A stretch of DNA of 64,000 nucleotides, taken from positions 104,472,001 through 104,536,000 of the forward strand of contig NC_086097.1 in assembly GCF_963921235.1 (NCBI RefSeq). The letters run 5' to 3'. Made by a program: the position numbers and the translations under genes. The stretch comes from Mobula hypostoma (Eukaryota). This document shows positions 54,101-64,000 of the stretch, piece by piece. The stretch's first letter is position 1. Every line of letters starts with the position of its first letter. Under the pieces are notes generated by a model. That model did no database searches, had not been told where the DNA came from, and saw only the letters and a program-made list of their open reading frames with translations.

Positions 54101-57100
54101 GGCAGTGAGGAGTGTTGTGAACAGGGTATGAGCTCTACAGTAATTGCAGGGCAGTGACGAGTGTTGTGAACAGGGTATGACCTGTACGGTAAATGCAGGG
54201 CAGTGAGGAGTGTTGTGAACAGGGTATGACCTGTACAGTAAATGCAGGGCAGTGACGAGTGTTGTGAACAGGGTATGACCTGTACGGTAAATGCAGGGCA
54301 GTGACGAGTGTTGTGAACAGGGTATGACCTGTACGGTAAATGCAGGGCAGTGAGGAGTGTTGTGAACAGGGTATGACCTGTACAGTAAATGCAGGGCAGT
54401 GACGAGTGTTGTGAACAGGGTATGACCTGTACGGTAAATGCAGGGCAGTGAGGAGTGTTGTGAACAGGGTATGACCTGTACAGTAAATGCAGGGCAGTGA
54501 GGAGTGTTGTGAACAGGGTATGACCTGTACGGTAAATGCAGGGCAGTGAGGAGTGTTGTGAACAGGGTATGACCTGTACAGTAAATGCAGGGCGGTGACG
54601 AGTGTTGTGAACAGGGTATGACCTGTACAGTAAATGCAGGGCAGTGAGGAGTGTTGTGAACAGGGTATGACCTGTACGGTAAATGCAGGGCAGTGACGAG
54701 TGTTGTGAACAGGGTATGACCTGTACGGTAAATGCAGGGCAGTGAGGAGTGTTGTGAACAGGGTATGACCAGTACAGTAAATGCAGGGCAGTGACGAGTG
54801 TCGTGAACAGGGTATGACCTGTACAGTAAATGCAGGGCAGTGACGAGTGTCGTGAACAGGGTATGACCTGTACAGTAAATGCAGGGCAGTGACGAGTGTT
54901 GTGAACAGGGTATGACCTGTACGGTAAATGCAGGGCAGTGACGAGTGTTGTGAACCGAGTATGACCTGTACAGTCAATGCAGAGCAGTGACGAGTGTTGT
55001 GAACAGGGTATGACCTGTACGGTAAATGCAGAGCAGTGACGAGTGTTGTGAACAGGGTATGACCTGTACGGTAAATGCAGGGCAGAGAGAAGTGTTGTGA
55101 ACAGGGTATGACCTGTACGGTAAATGCAGGGCAGTGAGGAGTGTTGTGAACAGGGTATGACCTGTACGGTAAATGCAGGGCAGTGACGAGTGTTGTGAAC
55201 AGGGTATGACCTGTACAGTAATTGCAGGGCAGTGCCGAGTGTCGTGAACAGGGTATGACCTGTACGGTAAATGCAGGGCAGTGACGAGTGTTGTGAACAG
55301 GGTATGACCTGTACGGTAAATGCAGGGCAGTGACGAGTGTTGTGAACAGGGTATGACCTGTACGGTAAATGCAGGGCAGTGAGGAGTGTTGTGAACAGGG
55401 TATGACCTGTACGGTAAATGCAGGGCAGTGACGAGTGTTGTGAACAGGGTATGACCTGTACCCTAAATGCAGGGCAGTGACGAGTGTTGTGAACAGGGTA
55501 TGACCTGTACAGTAAATGCAGGGCAGTGAGGAGTGTTGTGAACAGGGTAAGACCTGTATAGTAAATGCAGGGCAGTGACGAGTGTTGTGAACAGGGAATG
55601 ACCTGTACGGTAAACGCAGGGCAGTGACGAGTGTTGTGAACAGGGTAAGACCTGTACAGTAATTGCAGGGCAGTGAGGAGTGTTTTGAACAGGGTATGAC
55701 CTGTACGGTAAATGCAGGGCAGTGACGAGTGTTGTGAACAGGGTATGACCTGTACGGTAAATGCAGGGCAGAGAGGAGTGTTGTGAACAGGGTATGACCT
55801 CTACAGTAATTGCAGGGCAGTGACGAGTGTTGTGAACAGGGTATGACCTGTACGGTAAATGCAGGGCAGTGAGGAGTGTTGTGAACAGGGTATGACCTGT
55901 ACAGTAAATGCAGGGCAGTGACGAGTGTTGTGAACAGGGTATGACATGTACGGTAAATGCAGGGAAGTGACGAGTGTTGTAAACAGGGTATGAACTGTAC
56001 GGTAAATGCAGGGTAGTGAGGAGTGTTGTGAACAGGGTATGACCAGTACAGTAAATGCAGGGCAGTGACGAGTGTCGTGAACAGGGTATGACCTGTACGG
56101 TAAATGCAGGGCAGTGACGAGTGTTGTGAACAGGGTATGACCTGTACGGTAAATGCAGGGTGGTGAGGAGTGTTGTGAACAGGGTATGACCTGTACAGTA
56201 AATGCAGGGCAGTGACGAGTGTCGTGAACAGGGTGTGACCTGTACAGTAAATGCAGGGCAGTGACGAGTGTCGTGAACAGGGTATGACCTGTACAGTAAA
56301 TGCAGGGCAGTGACGAGTGTTGTGAACAGGGTATGACCTGTACGGTAAATGCAGGGCAGTGACGACTGTTGTGAACCGAGTATGACCTGTACAGTCAATG
56401 CAGAGCAGTGACGAGTGTTGTGAACAGGTTATGACCTGTACGGTAAATGCAGAGCAGTGACGAGTGTTGTGAACAGGGTATGACCTGTACGGTAAATGCA
56501 GGGCAGAGAGGAGTGTTGTGAACAGGGTATGACCTGTACGGTAAATGCAGGGTGGTGAGGAGTGTTGTGAACAGGGTATGACCTGCACTGTAAATGCAGG
56601 GCAGTGAGGAGTGTTGTGAACAGGGTATGACCTGCACGGTAAATGCAGGGCAGTGACGAGTGTTGTGAACAGGGTATGACCTGTACGGTAAATGCAGGGC
56701 AGTGAGGAGTGTTGTGAACAGGGTATGACCTCTACAGTAATTGCAGGGCAGTGACGAGCGTTGTGAACAGGGTATGACCTGTACGGTAAATGCAGGGCAG
56801 TGAGGAGTGTTGTGAACAGGGTATGACCTGTACAGTAAATGCAGGGCAGTGACGAGTGTTGTGAACAGGGTATGACCTGTACAGTAAATGCAGGGCAGTG
56901 ACGAGTGTTGTGAACAGGGTATGATCTGTACGGTAAATGCAGGGCAGTGACGAGTGTTGTGAACAGGGTAAGACCTGTACGGTAAATGCAGGGCAGAGAG
57001 AAGTGTTGTGAACAGGGTATGACCTGTACGGTAAATGCAGGGCAGTGACGAGTGTTGTGAACAGGGTATGACCTGTACGGTAAATGCAGGGCAGTGAGGA

Positions 57101-60100
57101 GTGTTGTGAACAGGGTATGACCTGTACAGTAAATGCAGGGCGGTGACGAGTGTTGTGAACAGGGTATGACCTGTACAGTAAATGCAGGGCAGTGAGGAGT
57201 GTTGTGAACAGGGTATGACCTGTACGGTAAATGCAGGGCAGTGACGAGTGTTGTGAACAGGGTATGACCTGTACGGTAAATGCAGGGCAGTGAGGAGTGT
57301 TGTGAACAGGGTATGACCTGTACAGTAAATGCAGGGCAGTGACGAGTGTTGTGAACAGGGTATGACCTGTACAGTAAATGCAGGGCAGTGACGAGTGTTG
57401 TGAACAGGGTATGACCTGTACAGTAAATGCAGGGCAGTGACGAGTGTTGTGAACAGGGTATGACCTGTACGGTAAATGCAGGGCAGTGACGAGTGTTGTG
57501 AACAGAGTATGACCTGTACAGTAATTGCAGGGCAGTGACGAGTGTTGTGAACAGGGTATGACCTGTACGGTAAATGCAGGGCAGTGACGAGTGTTGTGAA
57601 CAGGGTATGACCTGTACGGTAAATGCAGGGCAGTGAGGAGTGTTGTGAACCGAGTATGACCTGTACGGTAAATGCAGGGCAGTGAGGAGTGTTGTGAACA
57701 GGGTATGACCTGCACGGTAAATGCAGGGCAGTGACGAGTGTTGTGAACAGGGTATGACCTGTACGGTAATTGCAGGGCGGTGACGAGTGTCGTGAACAGG
57801 GTATGACCTGTACAGTAAATTCAGGGCAGTGACGAGTGTTGTGAACAGGGTATGACCTGTACGGTAAATGCAGGGCAGTGACGAGTGTTGTGAACAGGGT
57901 ATGACCTGTACGGTAAATGCAGGGCAGTGAGGAGTGTTGTGAACAGGGTATGACCTGTACGGTAAATGCAGGGCAGTGACGAGTGTTGTGAACAGGGTAT
58001 GACCTGTACGGTAAATGCAGGGCAGTGACGAGTGTTGTGAACAGGGTATGACCTGTACAGTAAATGCAGGGCAGTGAGGAGTGTTGTGAACAGGGTATGA
58101 CCTGTACAGTAAATGCAGGGCAGTGACGAGTGTTGTGAACAGGGTATGACCTGTACGGTAAATGCAGGGCAGTGACGAGTGTTGTGAACAGGGTAAGACC
58201 TGTACAGTAATTGCAGGGCAGTGACGAGTGTTTTGAACAGGGTATGACCTGTACGGTAAATGCAGGGCAGTGACGAGTGTTGTGAACAGGGTATGACCTG
58301 TACGGTAAATGCAGGGCAGAGAGGAGTGTTGTGAACAGGGTATGACCTCTACAGTAATTGCAGGGCAGTGACGAGTGTTGTGAACAGGGTATGACCTGTA
58401 CGGTAAAAGCAGGGCAGTGAGGAGTGTTGTGAACAGGGTATGACCTGTACAGTAAATGCAGGGCAGTGACGAGTGTTGTGAACAGGGTATGACATGTACG
58501 GTAAATGCAGGGAAGTGACGAGTGTTGTAAACAGGGTATGAACTGTACGGTAAATGCAGGGTAGTGAGGAGTGTTGTGAACAGGTATGACCAGTACAGTA
58601 AATGCAGGGCAGTGACGAGTGTCGTGAACAGGGTATGACCTGTACGGTAAATGCAGGGCAGTGACGAGTGTTGTGAACAGGGTATGACCTGTACGGTAAA
58701 TGCAGGGTGCTGAGGAGTGTTGTGAACAGGGTATGACCTGTACAGTAAATGCAGGGCAGTGACGAGTGTCGTGAACAGGGTGTGACCTGTACAGTAAATG
58801 CAGGGCAGTGACGAGTGTCGTGAACAGGGTATGACCTGTACAGTAAATGCAGGGCAGTGACGAGTGTTGTGAACAGGGTATGACCTGTACGGTAAATGCA
58901 GGGCAGTGACGACTGTTGTGAACCGAGTATGACCTGTACAGTCAATGCAGAGCAGTGACGAGTGTTGTGAACAGGTTATGACCTGTACGGTAAATGCAGA
59001 GCAGTGACGAGTGTTGTGAACAGGGTATGACCTGTACGGTAAATGCAGGGCAGAGAGGAGTGTTGTGAACAGGGTATGACCTGTACGGTAAATGCAGGGT
59101 GGTGAGGAGTGTTGTAAACAGGGTATGACCTGTACTGTAAATGCAGGGCAGTGAGGAGTGTTGTGAACAGGGTATGACCTGCACGGTAAATGCAGGGCAG
59201 TGACGAGTGTTGTGAACAGGGTATGACCTGTACGGTAAATGCAGGGCAGTGAGGAGTGTTGTGAACAGGGTATGACCTCTACAGTAATTGCAGGGCAGTG
59301 ACGAGTGTTGTGAACAGGGTATGACCTGTACGGTAAATGCAGGGCAGTGAGGAGTGTTGTGAACAGGGTATGACCTGTACAGTAAATGCAGGGCAGTGAC
59401 GAGTGTTGTGAACAGGGTATGACCTGTACAGTAAATGCAGGGCAGTGACGAGTGTTGTGAACAGGGTATGACCTGTACGGTAAATGCAGGGCAGTGACGA
59501 GTGTTGTGAACAGGGTAAGACCTGTACGGTAAATGCAGGGCAGTGACGAGTGTTGTGAACAGGGTATGACCTGTACGGTAAATGCAGGGCAGTGACGAGT
59601 GTTGTGAACAGGGTATGACCTGTACGGTAAATGCAGGGCAGTGACGAGTGTTGTGAACAGGGTATGACCTGTACGGTAAATGCAGGGCAGTGACGAGTGT
59701 TGTGAACAGGGTATGACCTGTACAGTAAATGCAGGGCAGTGACGCGTGTTGTGAACAGTGTAAGACCTGTACGGTAAATGCAGGGTGGTGAGGAGTGTTG
59801 TGAACAGGGTATGACCTGTACGGTAAATGCAGGGCAGTGACGAGTGTTGTGAACAGGGTATGACCTGTACGGTAAATGCAGGGCAGTGAGGAGTGTTGTG
59901 AACAGGGTAAGACCTGTACAGTAAATGCAGGGCAGTGACGAGTGTTGTGAACAGGGTATGACCTGTACGGTAAATGCAGGGCAGTGACGCGTGTTGTGAA
60001 CAGTGTAAGACCTGTACGGTAAATGCAGGGTGGTGAGGAGTGTTGTGAACAGGGTATGACCTGTACAGTAAATGCAGGGCAGTGACGAGTGTTGTGAACA

Positions 60101-63100
60101 GGGTAAGACCTCTACAGTAAATGCAGGGCAGTGACGAGTGTTGTGAACAGGGTATGACCTGTACAGTAAATGCAGGGCAGTGACGAGTGTTGTGAACAGG
60201 GTAAGACCTGTACGGTAAATGCAGGGCAGTGACGAGTGTTGTGAACAGGGTATGACCTGTACGGTAAATGCAGGGCAGTGACGAGTGTTGTGAACAGGGT
60301 ATGACCTGTACGGTAAATGCAGGGCAGTGAGGAGTGTTGTGAACAGGGTATGACCTGTACGGTAAATGCAGGGCAGTGAGGAGTGTTGTGAACAGGGTAT
60401 GACCTGTACAGTAAATACAGGGCGGTGACGAGTGTTGTGAACAGGGTATGACCTGTACAGTAAATGCAGGGCAGTGAGGAGTGTTGTGAACAGGGTATGA
60501 CCTGTACGGTAAATGCAGGGCAGTGACGAGTGTTGTGAACAGGGTATGACCTGTACGGTAAATGCAGGGCAGTGAGGAGTGTTGTGAACAGGGTATGACC
60601 TGTACAGTAAATGCAGGGCAGTGACGAGTGTCGTGAACAGGGTATGACCTGTACAGTAAATGCAGGGCAGTGACGAGTGTCGTGAACAGGGTATGACCTG
60701 TACAGTAAATGCAGGGCAGTGACGAGTGTTGTGAACAGGGTATGACCTGTACGGTAAATGCAGGGCAGTGACGAGTGTTGTGAACCGAGTATGACCTGTA
60801 CAGTCAATGCAGAGCAGTGACGAGTGTTGTGAACAGGGTATGACCTGTACGGTAAATGCAGGGCAGTGACGAGTGTTGTGAACAGGGTATGACCTGTACG
60901 GTAAATGCAGGGCAGTGAGGAGTGTTGTGAACAGGGTATGACCTGTACGGTAAATGCAGGGCAGTGAGGAGTGTTGTGAACAGGGTATGACCTGTACGGT
61001 AAATGCAGGGCAGTGACGAGTGTTGTGAACAGGGTATGACCTGTACGGTAATTGCAGGGCAGTGACGAGTGTTGTGAACAGGGTATGACCTGTACGGTAA
61101 ATGCAGGGCAGTGACGAGTGTTGTGAACAGGGTATGACCTGTACGGTAAATGCAGGGCAGTGACGAGTGTTGTGAACAGGGTATGACATGTACGGTAAAT
61201 GCAGGGAAGTGACGAGTGTTGTAAACAGGGTATGAACTGTACGGTAAATGCAGGGTAGTGAGGAGTGTTGTGAACAGGGTATGACCAGTACAGTAAATGC
61301 AGGGCAGTGACGAGTGTCGTGAACAGGGTATGACCTGTACGGTAAATGCAGGGCAGTGACGAGTGTTGTGAACAGGGTATGACCTGTACGGTAAATGCAG
61401 GGTGGTGAGGAGTGTTGTGAACAGGGTATGACCTGTACAGTAAATGCAGGGCAGTGACGAGTGTCGTGAACAGGGTGTGACCTGTACAGTAAATGCAGGG
61501 CAGTGACGAGTGTCGTGAACAGGGTATGACCTGTACAGTAAATGCAGGGCAGTGACGAGTGTTGTGAACAGGGTATGACCTGTACGGTAAATGCAGGGCA
61601 GTGACGACTGTTGTGAACCGAGTATGACCTGTACAGTCAATGCAGAGCAGTGACGAGTGTTGTGAACAGGTTATGACCTGTACGGTAAATGCAGAGCAGT
61701 GACGAGTGTTGTGAACAGGGTATGACCTGTACGGTAAATGCAGGGCAGAGAGGAGTGTTGTGAACAGGGTATGACCTGTACGGTAAATGCAGGGTGGTGA
61801 GGAGTGTTGTGAACAGGGTATGACCTGCACTGTAAATGCAGGGCAGTGAGGAGTGTTGTGAACAGGGTATGACCTGCACGGTAAATGCAGGGCAGTGACG
61901 AGTGTTGTGAACAGGGTATGACCTGTACGGTAAATGCAGGGCAGTGAGGAGTGTTGTGAACAGGGTATGACCTCTACAGTAATTGCAGGGCAGTGACGAG
62001 CGTTGTGAACAGGGTATGACCTGTACGGTAAATGCAGGGCAGTGAGGAGTGTTGTGAACAGGGTATGACCTGTACAGTAAATGCAGGGCAGTGACGAGTG
62101 TTGTGAACAGGGTATGACCTGTACAGTAAATGCAGGGCAGTGACGAGTGTTGTGAACAGGGTATGATCTGTACGGTAAATGCAGGGCAGTGACGAGTGTT
62201 GTGAACAGGGTAAGATCTGTACGGTAAATGCAGGGCAGTGACGAGTGTTGTGAACAGGGTATGACCTGTACGGTAAATGCAGGGCAGTGACGAGTGTTGT
62301 GAACAGGGTATGACCTGTACGGTAAATGCAGGGCAGTGAGGAGTGTTGTGAACAGGGTATGACCTGTACAGTAAATGCAGGGCGGTGACGAGTGTTGTGA
62401 ACAGGGTATGACCTGTACAGTAAATGCAGGGCAGTGAGGAGTGTTGTGAACAGGGTATGACCTGTACGGTAAATGCAGGGCAGTGACGAGTGTTGTGAAC
62501 AGGGTATGACCTGTACGGTAAATGCAGGGCAGTGAGGAGTGTTGTGAACAGGGTATGACCTGTACAGTAAATGCAGGGCAGTGACGAGTGTCGTGAACAG
62601 GGTATGACCTGTACAGTAAATGCAGGGCAGTGACGAGTGTCGTGAACAGGGTATGACCTGTACAGTAAATGCAGGGCAGTGACGAGTGTTGTGAACAGGG
62701 TATGACCTGTACGGTAAATGCAGGGCAGTGACGAGTGTTGTGAACCGAGTATGACCTGTACAGTCAATGCAGAGCAGTGACGAGTGTTGTGAACAGGGTA
62801 TGACCTGTACGGTAAATGCAGGGCAGTGACGAGTGTTGTGAACAGGGTATGACCTGTACGGTAAATGCAGGGCAGAGAGGAGTGTTGTGAACAGGGTATG
62901 ACCTGTACGGTAAATGCAGGGCAGTGAGGAGTGTTGTGAACAGGGTATGACCTGTACGGTAAATGCAGGGCAGTGACGAGTGTTGTGAACAGGGTATGAC
63001 CTGTACGGTAATTGCAGGGCAGTGACGAGTGTCGTGAACAGGGTATGACCTGTACAGTAAATGCAGGGCAGTGACGAGTGTTGTGAACAGGGTATGACCT

Positions 63101-64000
63101 GTACGGTAAATGCAGGGCAGTGACGAGTGTTGTGAACAGGGTATGACCTGTACGGTAAATGCAGGGCAGTGAGGAGTGTTGTGAACAGGGTATGACCTGT
63201 ACGGTAAATGCAGGGCAGTGACGAGTGTTGTGAACAGGGTATGACCTGTACCCTAAATGCAGGGCAGTGACGAGTGTTGTGAACAGGGTATGATCTGTAC
63301 AGTAAATGCAGGGCAGTGAGGAGTGTTGTGAACAGGGTATGACCTGTATAGTAAATGCAGGGCACTGACGAGTGTTGTGAACAGGGAATGACCTGTACGG
63401 TAAATGCAGGGCAGTGACGAGTGTTGTGAACAGGGTAAGACCTGTACAGTAATTGCAGGGCAGTGAGGAGTGTTGTGAACAGGGTATGACCTGTACGGTA
63501 AATGCAGGGCAGTGACGAGTGTTGTGAACAGGGTATGACCTGTACGGTAAATGCAGGGCAGTGAGGAGTGTTGTGAACAGGGTATGACCTCTACAGTAAT
63601 TGCAGGGCAGTGACGAGTGTTGTGAACAGGGTATGACCTGTACGGTAAAAGCAGGGCAGTGAGGAGTGTTGTGAACAGGGTATGACCTGTACAGTAAATG
63701 CAGGGCAGTGACGAGTGTTGTGAACAGGGTATGACATGTACGGTAAATGCAGGGAAGTGACGAGTGTTGTAAACAGGGTATGAACTGTACGGTAAATGCA
63801 GGGTAGTGAGGAGTGTTGTGAACAGGGTATGACCAGTACAGTAAATGCAGGGCAGTGACGAGTGTCGTGAACAGGGTATGACCTGTACGGTAAATGCAGG
63901 GCAGTGACGAGTGTTGTGAACAGGGTATGACCTGTACGGTAAATGCAGGGTGGTGAGGAGTGTTGTGAACAGGGTATGACCTGTACAGTAAATGCAGGGC
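36092..64000. repeat. 49-bp satellite, roughly 570 monomers in the window, continuing past its end (GTATGACCTGTAC(G/A)GTAAATGCAGGGCAGTGA(C/G)GAGTGTTGTGAACAGG)
   Basis: 49-bp period (e.g. GGGTATG at 36181 and 36230), highly homogeneous. Confidence 0.98.

Noticed and set aside
36004..63365. Very long minus-strand ORFs (up to 1960 aa) with a 49-aa periodicity
   Set aside because: They result from a stop-free 49-bp monomer cycling through all three frames; they overlap in every frame and show no domain or codon-level constraint

Overview
Vertebrate genomic DNA. The repeat families (abundant CR1 LINEs, a hammerhead-bearing Penelope element) suggest a cartilaginous fish such as a ray; that is an inference. 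The minus strand carries seven coding exons of papilin (PAPLN), which splice in frame with canonical AG/GT sites and matching phases: two TSP1 exons, three Cys-rich 'GCC' exons, a Kunitz exon and the first Ig exon. The introns are filled with CR1 fragments, two Tc1/mariner copies, a Penelope-like element interrupted by a Rex1/Babar-like LINE, and several tandem arrays. The last ~28 kb is a 49-bp satellite that grows directly out of a CR1 ORF2 fragment and has higher-order structure. The most notable observations are this LINE-derived satellite, a VNTR that multiplies the Kunitz exon's splice donor, and a minimal hammerhead ribozyme. The very long ORFs in the ORF track are artefacts of the repeats. 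Exon boundaries were read base by base; transposon boundaries are approximate.
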